A stretch of 64,000 bases of DNA, from the sequence record NC_014792.1; one strand, given 5' to 3'. The position numbers were made by a program, and so were the translations under genes. The notes under the pieces were generated by a model. It worked only from the letters and a program-made list of their open reading frames with translations, was not told the DNA's origin and did not search any database. This DNA is from Escherichia phage vB_EcoM_VR7. Below are positions 44,686 to 55,719 of this stretch, in pieces (positions within the stretch are counted from its first letter, which is position 1; the number at the start of each line of letters is the position of its first letter).

Positions 44686-46644
44686 ATGGCTACTCCTACG
44701 AATTACCAATTAACAAGAACCGTTAACGCTATCCCAAAAGTATTTGTGGGAGCTACGTTTGAAGAAATTAAAAAGAACATCATCGACTGGTTATCAAGCC
44801 AGGATGAATTTAAGGATTATGATTTCGTAGGTTCGCGAATGAACATCCTGATTGATATGCTTGCATATAATACATTGTATATGCAGCAATTTGCTAATAC
44901 AGCGGTTTATGAAACATTCATCGGAACTGCAAACTTAAGGTCTTCTGTTGTTCAGGCCGCACAGGATAATGGTTATCTTCCATCTTCACGTTCGGCTGCA
45001 AAGACTTCGGTTATGTTGACATGTTCTCACGCTCTGCAACCATCGAATATTGAAATCCCGCGCGGGACTAAGTTCCTGGCTTATGCTCGTGATACATCAG
45101 CTGACCCTTATATGTTTGTCACAACGGATAATGTAATCGCGGTAAAAGACATTAACAACCAATATCTGCCGATTGTGTCCCTTGCACAAGGTCGTATTAT
45201 TCGTACTGAACTTTTGTATGACCCGAAACAACCGATTCTTATTCGTGACCCAGATATTGACCGAAAAGAAGTTAAGCTTTTCGTGAACGGTATCGAGTGG
45301 ACCGACTGGACAAACAAATCAATGGTTCATGCTGGCTCAACGTCCACTATTTTCTATATGCGCGAAACTGTTGATGGTAATACCGAATTCTTCTTTGGTG
45401 AAGGTGAAGCATCGAAATCGGTTGCCGGGGGTGTCATGGAAGCCAACTATATTGGTGGTCTGAAACCTGTACAGGACTCGACCATTGTTATCGAATATCT
45501 TCGCACTTCAGGGGCCGATGCAAATGGCGCAGTTGATTTCAGCTATGCAGACTCCTTGACTTATATCACAGTTGACAAGATTACCGAAAACTACAATAAT
45601 GACCCAGATTATGTAGGCGCTGATGGCGGCGGTGACCCGGAAGATATTGAACGAATCCGTGAACTGGCTGTAGTTAAACGTGAAGCACAAATGCGTGCAG
45701 TCACCGGGACCGATTATGATACCTTCGTATCAGAAAGATTTGGCTCAATCGTGCAAGCCGTGCAGACGTTTACGGACGCGAATAAACCTGGATATGCGTT
45801 TATATCAGTTAAACCTAAATCGGGCTTGTATCTCACCGCAGTGCAGCGTGAGGACATCAAAAACTACCTTAGTGAGTTCAACGTATCGACAATTACACCA
45901 TCGGTAATTTCTCCCGATTATTTGTTCCTTAAACACAATATCAAAGTGTCTTATGCGCTGAATAAATTACAGGAATCTGAACAGTGGTTACAAGCACAAA
46001 TCATTAACCAGATTGACCGTTATTATATTGATGAAGTTGAATTGTTTAACCACAGCTTTGCCAAATCGAAAATGCTCACTTATGTGGATAATACTGACCA
46101 TAGTATTTTGGGTTCGTCTGCAACAGTGACAATGGTTCGTGAAGTCTTGAATTTCTTTAAGACTCCAGAATCCGGCATTAAATATTATAATCAATATACT
46201 AATAGGTCTGTGGAATCAAGCGAATTCGAATTTGTTCCAACTAACCAAAGTGATACCGTTACCTCCTATAATGTTCGTATTGTAGCGACTGACCGTAACT
46301 CATCTGGTGATGGTAAAATGGTCATTGGCCCATTCCGTGTGGGTGATGTGCAGCTTAATGCGAATATTCAACCTTATACAGGTACTGACTTTAATAAGAT
46401 GGCTGCTCCGGCTGACCAGACTCAATACTTTGTAATCGGTGAAATCGATTATTGGTCTGATTATATTTTCTGGGACATTGCTGCAATTGGTTTATCTTCT
46501 GAACGTTTTGAAGTGCAATCAATCGAATTGTATGCAGGCCCCGACCAGGACAACATCTATACAAAAGACGGTTCGCTTATCGTATTCGAAAATGACCTTC
46601 GTCCACAGTATACGACTATTAATTTAGAACCAATTACATTATAA
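44686..46644 (+). CDS. 6: gp6 baseplate wedge protein
   Basis: 652 aa; synteny and size. Confidence 0.85.
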   Translation: MATPTNYQLTRTVNAIPKVFVGATFEEIKKNIIDWLSSQDEFKDYDFVGSRMNILIDMLAYNTLYMQQFANTAVYETFIGTANLRSSVVQAAQDNGYLPSSRSAAKTSVMLTCSHALQPSNIEIPRGTKFLAYARDTSADPYMFVTTDNVIAVKDINNQYLPIVSLAQGRIIRTELLYDPKQPILIRDPDIDRKEVKLFVNGIEWTDWTNKSMVHAGSTSTIFYMRETVDGNTEFFFGEGEASKSVAGGVMEANYIGGLKPVQDSTIVIEYLRTSGADANGAVDFSYADSLTYITVDKITENYNNDPDYVGADGGGDPEDIERIRELAVVKREAQMRAVTGTDYDTFVSERFGSIVQAVQTFTDANKPGYAFISVKPKSGLYLTAVQREDIKNYLSEFNVSTITPSVISPDYLFLKHNIKVSYALNKLQESEQWLQAQIINQIDRYYIDEVELFNHSFAKSKMLTYVDNTDHSILGSSATVTMVREVLNFFKTPESGIKYYNQYTNRSVESSEFEFVPTNQSDTVTSYNVRIVATDRNSSGDGKMVIGPFRVGDVQLNANIQPYTGTDFNKMAAPADQTQYFVIGEIDYWSDYIFWDIAAIGLSSERFEVQSIELYAGPDQDNIYTKDGSLIVFENDLRPQYTTINLEPITL

Positions 46645-46672
46645 GCCTCTCCGGAGGCTTTAAGGAATCTTA

Positions 46673-49600
46673 ATGACCGTTAAAGCCCCTTCTGTTACTA
46701 GCTTGCGGATTGATAAACTATCTGCCAACCAGGTTAGTATTAAATGGGATGATGTAGGCTCCAACTTTTACTATTTTGTGGAGATTGCGCAAATCACAGA
46801 AAATGGAGTACACATCCCAACTAGAGATTTAATTTGGCGTGACCTTGGTTATACCGCAGACAATGAATGGTTCGAGCAGGAATATATTCGTCCGTTAACA
46901 AGTTATCAGATGCGTGTGTCTGTTGCGGCAATGGGCTTCGAACAGTCTGATTGGGAATACACCGAAGAATTTGAAACCTTTGCAACAAACGCATATACTT
47001 TTGAACATATGCGCGAATTTAGTTTGGCCAATAAATTCATTGAAGAAAAATTCACCAATAACAATCAGAGATATATCAACTTTAACAATGATGCTATTAT
47101 GGCCTCATTGATGTCCGAAGACTTTACATGGACCTCTGCATATTCTCATTTGTCTTCAATCTCGAACTATGTTTTACAAGAAGACCAATATCACGAAATC
47201 CAGGGACCGATTCAAGCAGTTTGTGTTGACCAAAACCGCACGATGCTTGCTGAACTCGGTGGAGTTCTTTATTTGTTCGAACGCTTCCAGCCGATGGTTA
47301 AAGTCTCCAATGACAAAGGTCAGAACTGGTATTACATAAGACTCTTTAACGAGCGTATCGGTAACCCTGTATCAAGAACTGTGTATTACCAGACTGATAC
47401 CACAACTTACGTTTTGGGGTATGACCGTATATTCTATGGTCGCCAATCAAGTGACATAAGATGGTCTGCAGATGATGTTCGATTCAGTTCCGAAGATATT
47501 ACATTTGCTAAAGTCGGTTCGGATATTAACCTTGGATTTGATATTGAAATCTTCGGTAACTATGCAAGACTTCCGGCCTATATTTCGCAAATAGCAGAAG
47601 CTATTACGGTTTCGGATGAGTTCATTTATGTCGCGGCTCGTGGTCGTGTATATAAAGCAAAAACCTCTGATGCGCCGATTGATACAACCCCAGGGTCTCC
47701 GACCTTTGGTGAAAAACTATTTGAAACTGGTTACAGTACAATTACGGCGAACCCTAAAGCAGTTTGCTATAAAATGGATTCAGTTCAAGGTCATACGTTT
47801 GCATTAATTACGGGTGAAGTTAAAGAAGAAAGACAAGACCCAACTAAACCTGAAAACGTTGTTGACTCTCTGGATAAAGGTGTTTATAAATTAGACCCGG
47901 ATACTGATACATGGACGAGAGTTTTCGGTAATACAGAAGAAGAACGACGCCGAATCGAACATGGTTATGCGAGCATGTCAACTGATGGCATCGAAGTGTT
48001 CTTTAGCTCCAGCAACTTCAAATATTCGGTTGAGCCTGATACTGAACTCCCTCTTAAATATCCTGATGAAGTTAACGAAGCAGTCAAATACGTTTACGAT
48101 GAACAATGGATACATGATAAGCATTACCTGATGATGAGCTTCAGAGCTGGTGAAGATTCTGGCTTCGAAGAGTTCAAACCTGGGCGTATGACTTACTATG
48201 CAGAGCCGTTCTTTAACTGGTCAAGACGTGACGATACTCGTTGTTGGATTACAACTTCTGACCGAGCAATGGTCGTATATAACGATGTCCTTTATCAGTA
48301 CATCATCGATACATTTGGTGGAACTTCCCCAGAACGTATTGTACATGAATACTGGAACAAAGGTCAAGTAACGATTACTGCACCTAACATCGAATTCAAT
48401 AGCTTTAAAAAATATGCCTCCGGGATTATGCTTCATAAAAATACCGGGGAATTAATTGGCTATTTTGAGTTTGACTATCGCGTGCGTGATGAAGTGCGTA
48501 TCATCTGGAAGCCAAAAGAAATTATGCTTATGGCTGAACTGCAAAACCAGGAACACGATATTCCATGGACTCCGGAAAATGAGAACAAGGAAAAAGACCC
48601 TGACTTGCAGCCACTGTTAACGAAGATGGTCCCGGATAGTTATCTTTTACAGGATAGCAAATTTGAAAAATTCTGTGAATACTATTTGCAGTTCATCAGT
48701 GATGGCTCCGGTACATACTATAACAACCTGTTGAATCTTATTCGCAACCAATATCCGCGAGAGGAAGATGCATGGGAATATCTCTGGAGCGAAATGTACA
48801 AACGCAACATTTATCTCTCCAAGGAAAAACGTGACGAAGCTGTTCGATTCTTCCAAGCCAGACAGTCTGATTTTTGGGCAACAAAAGGTACAGAAGCGTC
48901 TTATAAGTTCCTGTTCAAATTGTTATATAATGAAGATGTTGAAATTGACATCGAATCCAAAAACGGAACCGAGTATGATATTGTAGTTGAATCTGATAAT
49001 ATCAGTGAAGACATTGTAGGCCAAACCATTTATACCGCTACCGGGCGCAGTAATGTGACTTATATGGAGCGCGATTATAAAGATGGTAAATTAAGATGGC
49101 GCATCACGATTCATAATCTCCTGGGCCGTTTTATTGCTGGACAAGAAATTAAATCAGAAAGAACCTCATTCGAGGGGATGATTGTACAAGGTGTTCGTGG
49201 TAAAGAGTTGTTGAGTAACAACATCGATTATATTAACCGTAATCGCTCTTATTACGTAATGACAATTAAGTCAAACCTTCCGACCTCCCGTTATCGTAAT
49301 GACGTTTTAAGATTCGTTCACCCGGTTGGATTTGGATTCATCGGTATTACGTTGCTGACAATGTTTGTTAACGTTGGTTTGACTCTTAAACACACCGAGA
49401 CAATCATTAATAAATTAAGTAACTATAGATGGTCTTCTGGTATTCCGTCCGAATGGAATGACCGAGTTGCGGTGATTGGTGTTGATGGTACTATTGAGAA
49501 AAACCCTACCACAGGCGAAGCAATATATAACATCGCTCCTAATGCTGGTCAACCTTTCCCGTTACCTGCGGATTATGATGCCGAGAATGATTTCTCAATG

Positions 49601-49768
49601 TTCTATGGGTTGTTACCGTCACAACGTCGTGGAAAATATAGTCCACTGTTTGACCAGTCTGCTGTTACATTCTCGAATTGGAGAGCATTAGTTGACCAAC
49701 GTCTTAAAGATGATATTGGTAATCCAAGAGACCCGGTTAATCCTACACAGGTAAATGTAAATGAATAA
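46673..49768 (+). CDS. 7: gp7 baseplate wedge protein
   Basis: 1031 aa (T4 gp7 ~1032 aa); synteny. Confidence 0.85.
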   Translation: MTVKAPSVTSLRIDKLSANQVSIKWDDVGSNFYYFVEIAQITENGVHIPTRDLIWRDLGYTADNEWFEQEYIRPLTSYQMRVSVAAMGFEQSDWEYTEEFETFATNAYTFEHMREFSLANKFIEEKFTNNNQRYINFNNDAIMASLMSEDFTWTSAYSHLSSISNYVLQEDQYHEIQGPIQAVCVDQNRTMLAELGGVLYLFERFQPMVKVSNDKGQNWYYIRLFNERIGNPVSRTVYYQTDTTTYVLGYDRIFYGRQSSDIRWSADDVRFSSEDITFAKVGSDINLGFDIEIFGNYARLPAYISQIAEAITVSDEFIYVAARGRVYKAKTSDAPIDTTPGSPTFGEKLFETGYSTITANPKAVCYKMDSVQGHTFALITGEVKEERQDPTKPENVVDSLDKGVYKLDPDTDTWTRVFGNTEEERRRIEHGYASMSTDGIEVFFSSSNFKYSVEPDTELPLKYPDEVNEAVKYVYDEQWIHDKHYLMMSFRAGEDSGFEEFKPGRMTYYAEPFFNWSRRDDTRCWITTSDRAMVVYNDVLYQYIIDTFGGTSPERIVHEYWNKGQVTITAPNIEFNSFKKYASGIMLHKNTGELIGYFEFDYRVRDEVRIIWKPKEIMLMAELQNQEHDIPWTPENENKEKDPDLQPLLTKMVPDSYLLQDSKFEKFCEYYLQFISDGSGTYYNNLLNLIRNQYPREEDAWEYLWSEMYKRNIYLSKEKRDEAVRFFQARQSDFWATKGTEASYKFLFKLLYNEDVEIDIESKNGTEYDIVVESDNISEDIVGQTIYTATGRSNVTYMERDYKDGKLRWRITIHNLLGRFIAGQEIKSERTSFEGMIVQGVRGKELLSNNIDYINRNRSYYVMTIKSNLPTSRYRNDVLRFVHPVGFGFIGITLLTMFVNVGLTLKHTETIINKLSNYRWSSGIPSEWNDRVAVIGVDGTIEKNPTTGEAIYNIAPNAGQPFPLPADYDAENDFSMFYGLLPSQRRGKYSPLFDQSAVTFSNWRALVDQRLKDDIGNPRDPVNPTQVNVNE

Positions 49769-50765
49769 CTCTACCGTAGTTTACCGTTCGATTGTTACAT
49801 CAAAATTCAGAACGGAAAAAATGTATAACTTTTATGGCGCTATCGGGGATAGCGCCACTGAAAATACAATGTATGTCACGTTCGGTCGTGCAGAACCATG
49901 GGCTGCAAACGAGAACGACCCGGGGTTTGCTCCACCTTATCCGGTTGATGATGCTCAAGGCGTTGAAGATGTTTGGACTAATATGATGGGGGCAGTCAAG
50001 GTGTATAAATCTATGCTTGACTGTGTAGTTCCTCGTAAAGATTGGGGCGATGTTCGTTATCCTAACCCGTTGAACTTCCAGATTGGTGAAATTGTTGTAA
50101 GTAATACCGCGCCATATAACCGAACTGATGTTGGTAAAGGTTGGATGGTTTATCGTTGTGTGGATGTTCCTGAATCTGGTACATGTTCGATTTATTCCAT
50201 CACCAATAAGCAAGAATGTCTTAAGCTTGGTGGCAAATGGACATCAGACTATGCTTCCAGCCGTGCTCCATCTGGGACCGGTGACACCGAAGGTCGTGTT
50301 GATATGGGTGATGGCTATCTCTGGGAATATCTCTATGAGATTCCGCCTGACGTATCCATTAACCGCTGTACAAACGAATATATCGTTGTTCCATGGCCAG
50401 AAGAAATTGCAGAAGACCCAGAACGTTGGGGGTACAAAGATAACCTGACATGGCAGCAAGATGATTATGGTTTAATCTATCGTATCAAGGGTAATACAAT
50501 TCGATTCAAGGCTTTCATGGATTCGATTTATTTCCCTCAGTTCAGTCTTCCAGGTAACAAAGGATTTAGACAGATTTCAATTGTCGCCAACCCTCTGGAA
50601 ATTAAAGCTGCGCCTAATGACCCGAACATCAAAGCAACAAAAGAATATTACGATGCTATTGATTTGAGTCGACATTCTGGTGAAATGATTTACATGGAAA
50701 ACAGGCCACCTGTTTATCGTGCAATGGACCAAACCGAAGAAGTAAATATTATTTTTGAATTCTAA
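49761..50765 (+). CDS. 8: gp8 baseplate wedge protein
   Basis: 334 aa; synteny and size. Confidence 0.85.
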   Translation: MNNSTVVYRSIVTSKFRTEKMYNFYGAIGDSATENTMYVTFGRAEPWAANENDPGFAPPYPVDDAQGVEDVWTNMMGAVKVYKSMLDCVVPRKDWGDVRYPNPLNFQIGEIVVSNTAPYNRTDVGKGWMVYRCVDVPESGTCSIYSITNKQECLKLGGKWTSDYASSRAPSGTGDTEGRVDMGDGYLWEYLYEIPPDVSINRCTNEYIVVPWPEEIAEDPERWGYKDNLTWQQDDYGLIYRIKGNTIRFKAFMDSIYFPQFSLPGNKGFRQISIVANPLEIKAAPNDPNIKATKEYYDAIDLSRHSGEMIYMENRPPVYRAMDQTEEVNIIFEF

Positions 50766-50768
50766 CTA

Positions 50769-50790
50769 GGGACCTTCGGGTCCCTTTTTT
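50769..50790 (+). terminator. Rho-independent terminator (GGGACC-TTCG-GGTCCC + T-run)
   Basis: Perfect hairpin 50769-50784 followed by TTTTTT. Confidence 0.6.
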
Positions 50791-50794
50791 ATTT

Positions 50795-50802
50795 TATAAA
50801 TA
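50795..50802 (+). promoter_or_regulatory. Late promoter TATAAATA upstream of gene 9
   Basis: Exact TATAAATA 28 nt before gp9 ATG. Confidence 0.55.
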
Positions 50803-50829
50803 TAGCTATATCAATAATGAGGCTTACCT

Positions 50830-51699
50830 ATGATTAATCAAACCCCAAAACTTTTAATAGATGTCGGCGAAATTGGTAACGCCAGCACCGGCGATATCTT
50901 ATATGATGGTGGTCGTAAAATTAACGAAGATTTTGATAACGTCTACAATACCTTCGGTGACCAACGTCTTTATTCAATCGATAACGGTCAGAACTCCCAA
51001 GTCTTGCATGCTACCGGTTATTATCAAAAAGCAACAAACATAATTGAATGGAACACTCCTGTTGCGCTTGGTTCTCTCCGTGACGTTGATACCTCCAAGG
51101 GTGTTGTTACTGCCAGGATTGCCCGCGGTAAAATGGGTGAAGGTATTATCTTCATTAACTCTAACGGGACTTTATCGCCGACTCAATCTCTGGAAATCGA
51201 ACTACAAGGCACAGATACTTTCGTTCGGCTCCGACCAAACAAAATTCGCTTCACTAGCCCTTATACAAAGATTACTCTTTGGTGTATCGATGATGCAAAC
51301 GGCGTCGGTACCTGGGATTATTCAATCGAAAATATGTTTGGTGTAAAACACATTCCGTTGGACCGAACTTATAATATTGGCCTGAACGCAAGAGATATTC
51401 CGATTGCATTGCGCGGTGATTTCAAAACAATGAAACTTTTGTTAACCGCTATATCTACTGATGAAACTAAATACAAAGCATCAGAGGTCATGCTCTTTGT
51501 AGACACTCAAGCTAACCAAGTGTATAGCACAGAATACGGTGTATTGCGTCGTGGTCACGTGAATGACGATGATGAGTTATATACCATTAACTTTAAAATA
51601 GGCGCTGACAACTTCGTTACGGCGACCGTAAGCGCACCAGTCTCCATGAAGCTCGCCTTTAAGGTAGCCGAGACACAAACCATTGGGGTAGCAATCTAA
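50830..51699 (+). CDS. 9: gp9 baseplate protein (long-tail-fibre socket)
   Basis: 289 aa; synteny and size. Confidence 0.8.
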   Translation: MINQTPKLLIDVGEIGNASTGDILYDGGRKINEDFDNVYNTFGDQRLYSIDNGQNSQVLHATGYYQKATNIIEWNTPVALGSLRDVDTSKGVVTARIARGKMGEGIIFINSNGTLSPTQSLEIELQGTDTFVRLRPNKIRFTSPYTKITLWCIDDANGVGTWDYSIENMFGVKHIPLDRTYNIGLNARDIPIALRGDFKTMKLLLTAISTDETKYKASEVMLFVDTQANQVYSTEYGVLRRGHVNDDDELYTINFKIGADNFVTATVSAPVSMKLAFKVAETQTIGVAI

Positions 51700-53510
51700 T
51701 GAAACAAAATTTAAAAATAGGCGTGATGGTCGATGATGGCACCGGCGATTATCTTCGTCTCGGCGGCCAAAAAATTAATAATAACTTTGATGACCTTTAC
51801 TACCAGCTCGGTGATGGGGAAAATCCTCATGCTGCTGGCGCATGGAAAACATGGTCAGTAGCTGATGGTACAACCCTGGAAGCTGTTATGGGTCGTAGCT
51901 ATGCAGTGAATACCTCAAATGGTATGATTACTGTTAAACTCCCTAAAGGAACTCCAGCCGAATATAATTACGTTATTCGTTTGCGTGATGTATTTGCAAC
52001 ATGGCAAGTCTCCCCGGTGACGATTGTTCCGGCTGTCGGTGACACAATGAAAGGTTCTCCTGACCCTGTTGTTATCCGTCGCAACCTGGCAGATATCGAA
52101 CTGGTTTACTGCTCTCCGGGTCGTTGGGAATATATTGACAACAAACAAATTGACAAGATTTCGAATAACGATGTAGCAACCGTTGAGACCCAGCAATTCA
52201 TTGCAACAGAAGGCCAAACGGACTTCCTGGATGTGTTTAATGGTCGCCCTTATAACATTGCTAGCCTCGAAGTTAAACATCGTGGTAACGACCTGTTTTA
52301 TGGTAAAGATGATATTTTCGACCCGGTTAATGCTGAATTCGGTTCCCCCGGGGCAGCACCTGGTGAAATTGTAACCCTTGATGGCCGCAATATTCGTCTG
52401 CGCATGCCTTGTGCTGCTGGTGATACAGTCATTGTTAGAACATTCAACGATGGTATTGCCCAGTATCGTAGTTCTTATAACCGTCGAGATGTTCAAATTC
52501 GTGATTCGAAATTTACTCTTGAAACCCCGGTTGAAGGTTCTTTGGTTGTAGCTGATTTATCTACTAAACATCTTTTTATGGTTACTGAACTGGCGGTATC
52601 TCCGAGCAGTCCGATTAACCCGAATGCATGCGAAGTTTATATCAACAGCATATTGCAACACGAAGCCGGGACTGCAAACTATCCAGCTTATACATGCGAA
52701 GGTGCTGATGGTGAAACTGCAGAAGAGTGTACAGATAATGGTGGTCAATGGTCTAAATCAAAAGAAGACTATATAACAGCCTTTGATGAAGACAACCGTA
52801 TTGAATCTTTTGAGTTTGCTCGCACATTTGAAGATGGTGATATTCTGTCTATCGTTTGGTATAATAACGATATCGGCACCACAATGACTCTTGATGAAAT
52901 TACAGATGAAACAAATAACATCTATGTTTCCCAGGGTCCAGAAGTTTCAATCACCGGCGATATAAGAATTACGGATTACGATAATCCATTTGCTCCTAAC
53001 CTGGAACCGGTTGACCCGAGCGAAATTAAACCATCTGCTGTTTCGATTCTCTTTAATATGTTCCATCCAATTGGCACAATTTACGAGAACACGACTAACC
53101 CAAATAACCCTGCAACATATATGGGTATGGGAACATGGAAGCGCCTTGAAGAGCGTGTTTTGATTGGTTGGTCTGCTGACCCTGCCTCGAACTTCCATAC
53201 GAACAATAACGACCTAGATTCTTCTGGTGTTCCACAGGCAACTGCAGGCGGAACTGGTGGTGATGTACAGATTCATATTAAACCGGTCAATATTCCTAAA
53301 ATTCAGACCGATGAAAAAGTATTGGTAGCTGATGCAACTGGCCCAATTATTGTTGGTGGTTGTCAGATTGACCCGGATGCGCAAGGTCCTGCGTATACAA
53401 ACTATCGTGAAGACAAAGCAACCATTAACGAAGCTCTTGACCCACTGGCCCAGCCAATAGCTACGCTTCCTCCATATTTGATTGTTTACCGTTGGGTAAG
53501 GATTGCATAA
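51699..53510 (+). CDS. 10: gp10 baseplate wedge/short-fibre attachment protein
   Basis: 603 aa; synteny and size. Confidence 0.85.
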   Translation: MKQNLKIGVMVDDGTGDYLRLGGQKINNNFDDLYYQLGDGENPHAAGAWKTWSVADGTTLEAVMGRSYAVNTSNGMITVKLPKGTPAEYNYVIRLRDVFATWQVSPVTIVPAVGDTMKGSPDPVVIRRNLADIELVYCSPGRWEYIDNKQIDKISNNDVATVETQQFIATEGQTDFLDVFNGRPYNIASLEVKHRGNDLFYGKDDIFDPVNAEFGSPGAAPGEIVTLDGRNIRLRMPCAAGDTVIVRTFNDGIAQYRSSYNRRDVQIRDSKFTLETPVEGSLVVADLSTKHLFMVTELAVSPSSPINPNACEVYINSILQHEAGTANYPAYTCEGADGETAEECTDNGGQWSKSKEDYITAFDEDNRIESFEFARTFEDGDILSIVWYNNDIGTTMTLDEITDETNNIYVSQGPEVSITGDIRITDYDNPFAPNLEPVDPSEIKPSAVSILFNMFHPIGTIYENTTNPNNPATYMGMGTWKRLEERVLIGWSADPASNFHTNNNDLDSSGVPQATAGGTGGDVQIHIKPVNIPKIQTDEKVLVADATGPIIVGGCQIDPDAQGPAYTNYREDKATINEALDPLAQPIATLPPYLIVYRWVRIA

Positions 53511-54175
53511 TGACTACGTTGACAAATAAAAAGGCGAGTGTAATATCTCGCCATGCTGGTTACCTCCAGTTTGATTATACAACTACTGATTCCACTGCTG
53601 TAGCGGGTAACCGCTATATCGGTGGCCCGTCTGCTAACCAGACAAATGATGGTGTATTCTATCCAACAGTCCAAAGTGCAATTGATGATATTGCATTTCG
53701 TGCAGAACTTCCTGTTGGTTCGATAATTACTCGTCATGAGAATACCGCCCCTGGATTTATTAGTCAGTCTGATAAAATTAAGTTCACTGGGTCTATTTCC
53801 GGTGAAACTCTTGGCGCAACTGTGCTTATTAAAGTATTCGGTTTCCCAGTAGAAGTTATTGTTGGTGACTCAAGCGTGCTTGTTGCATCTAAGGTCAATG
53901 ATGTTCTTTTGACTGCAATTTCACAAGGTCTTATTCTTGCGGAAACAGCAATTGATGCACTGGACCAGTCTATATTAAATATTACATATAACGACTATCA
54001 GAATCATATCTTTGAATCCAAATCCCAATATGGCTGCGTTATGGAACAAACTATTGTTCAACAACCACGTGCCGGGTATGGACAATGGGAATATCTTGGT
54101 GCACAAGATGTAACCTTGCAAGGTGGTTCGGTTAATGGTCCAACATCTCTTTACTACTATAAGCGAGTCTACTAA
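53510..54175 (+). CDS. 11: gp11 baseplate wedge protein
   Basis: Start ATG overlaps gp10 stop (TAATG); 221 aa. Confidence 0.8.
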   Translation: MTTLTNKKASVISRHAGYLQFDYTTTDSTAVAGNRYIGGPSANQTNDGVFYPTVQSAIDDIAFRAELPVGSIITRHENTAPGFISQSDKIKFTGSISGETLGATVLIKVFGFPVEVIVGDSSVLVASKVNDVLLTAISQGLILAETAIDALDQSILNITYNDYQNHIFESKSQYGCVMEQTIVQQPRAGYGQWEYLGAQDVTLQGGSVNGPTSLYYYKRVY

Positions 54176-55710
54176 TGACAACGACTAACACGCTAAAACA
54201 TATTAGCGATAAATCCGAATATAAAACATTTGACCCGACGGGAACTTCATTTCCTCCGTCAGTAACAAATGTTCAGGAAGCATTGGGGGCTTTGGCTCCT
54301 ATTGCTATTGATGGATTTATCCCAGAATCTACGGTTGCGGTACCAGGTATTATTCGCCTGGCGACTGAACAAGAAGTTATTGATGGCATAGGCAATAACA
54401 CAGCAGTAACCCCCGAAACTCTTAAAGCTCGTTTGAATATTCCAACCCAGGCCACAGAGACTGTTGTCGGAATTACCCGTTACGCAACCAATGCAGAAGC
54501 TATTGATGGCACAGTAGCCGATGCAGCTATTGTCCCATCAAGCCTTAAAGCTTCTATTGATAATACATTTAATACCCGCACTTCTACAGAAGACCGTAAT
54601 GGTGTAATTAAGATTTCGACCCAAGCCGCTGCTCTGGCAGGAACGGATGATACAACGGCCATGACTCCTTTGAAGGTTTCATTGGCCATCGGTGCAGCAA
54701 CTGCAGCTCTTCCAACTTATAGCACAGCAACAACCACTGTACAAGGGATTGTTAAAATTGCAACTCCAGCCGAGGTTCAAGCTGGTGCAATGAATAACGG
54801 TGTGGCAGTTTCTCCACTTGGGCTTATTTCATTGACTGCAAATGCCTCCCGCAGAGGGTTGGTCCAATTGGCTTCCAGTGCTGAAGCAATTACAGGTACG
54901 GATGCAACAAAAGCAATTACTCCACAAGCTCTACATGCAAAAACTGGTAATACCGGGCGACTCGGCATTGTCAAACTGACAACTACCGTTGGTTCAGGGG
55001 ATGGTAACACTGCTCTTGCATATAATGCAAACGTAATTTCAACCACTGGCGGTACAATTAATGGAACTCTTAACGTTAATGGAACTTTACGCAGAAATGG
55101 TCAGGATGTTGTAACCCGTAACGAACTAAAAGATAGTGTGCCAATCGGAACTATTATTATGTGGGGTGGTCAAACTGGTAATATTCCTTCTGGTTGGGAA
55201 ATTTGTGACGGCGGTAATGTCGGTGATGCTGGTTTCCGAAATGTCGTTGGTAGTAAATGGGGCGCAACTGGTAATAAGCCAGATTTTCGTGGATTGTTTC
55301 CTCGTGGTTCCAACAGCTCTAACGATGGTGCTATGAAGGAATGGGAAACAAACATTAATATAAGAAACGCCAAGGGAAATGATTCCAAACAAAAACCTAA
55401 ATTGGGTCAAGGTGTTGGTTCATATGGTCACGGTACAGTACAGGCACAACAACTCCGTTTCCACAAGCACGCCGGTGGTTTTGGTGAACATGATAATTCG
55501 GGTGCATTTGGTAACACAGTTCGTTCAAACTATGCAGGCACCCGTAAAGGTTTGGACTGGGATAACCGTTCTTATTTTACGAACGAAGGTTATGAAATCG
55601 ATGGCGCTGGTAGCCGTGATTCTCGAACTACATTAAACAGCGAAGGTCTGATAGGTAATGAAAGCCGCCCATGGTCCATGTCCATTCTTTTTATTATTAA
55701 GGTCAGATAA
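54175..55710 (+). CDS. 12: gp12 short tail fibre
   Basis: 511 aa; repetitive Ala/Thr-rich central region; synteny. Confidence 0.85.
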   Translation: MTTTNTLKHISDKSEYKTFDPTGTSFPPSVTNVQEALGALAPIAIDGFIPESTVAVPGIIRLATEQEVIDGIGNNTAVTPETLKARLNIPTQATETVVGITRYATNAEAIDGTVADAAIVPSSLKASIDNTFNTRTSTEDRNGVIKISTQAAALAGTDDTTAMTPLKVSLAIGAATAALPTYSTATTTVQGIVKIATPAEVQAGAMNNGVAVSPLGLISLTANASRRGLVQLASSAEAITGTDATKAITPQALHAKTGNTGRLGIVKLTTTVGSGDGNTALAYNANVISTTGGTINGTLNVNGTLRRNGQDVVTRNELKDSVPIGTIIMWGGQTGNIPSGWEICDGGNVGDAGFRNVVGSKWGATGNKPDFRGLFPRGSNSSNDGAMKEWETNINIRNAKGNDSKQKPKLGQGVGSYGHGTVQAQQLRFHKHAGGFGEHDNSGAFGNTVRSNYAGTRKGLDWDNRSYFTNEGYEIDGAGSRDSRTTLNSEGLIGNESRPWSMSILFIIKVR

Positions 55711-55719
55711 GGAATAAAA

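Noticed and set aside
46645-46672. Hairpin AGCCTC-TCCG-GAGGCT between gp6 and gp7 as a terminator
   Set aside because: No T-run follows; the 3' arm provides the GGAGG ribosome-binding site for gp7, so it is more likely a translational element.
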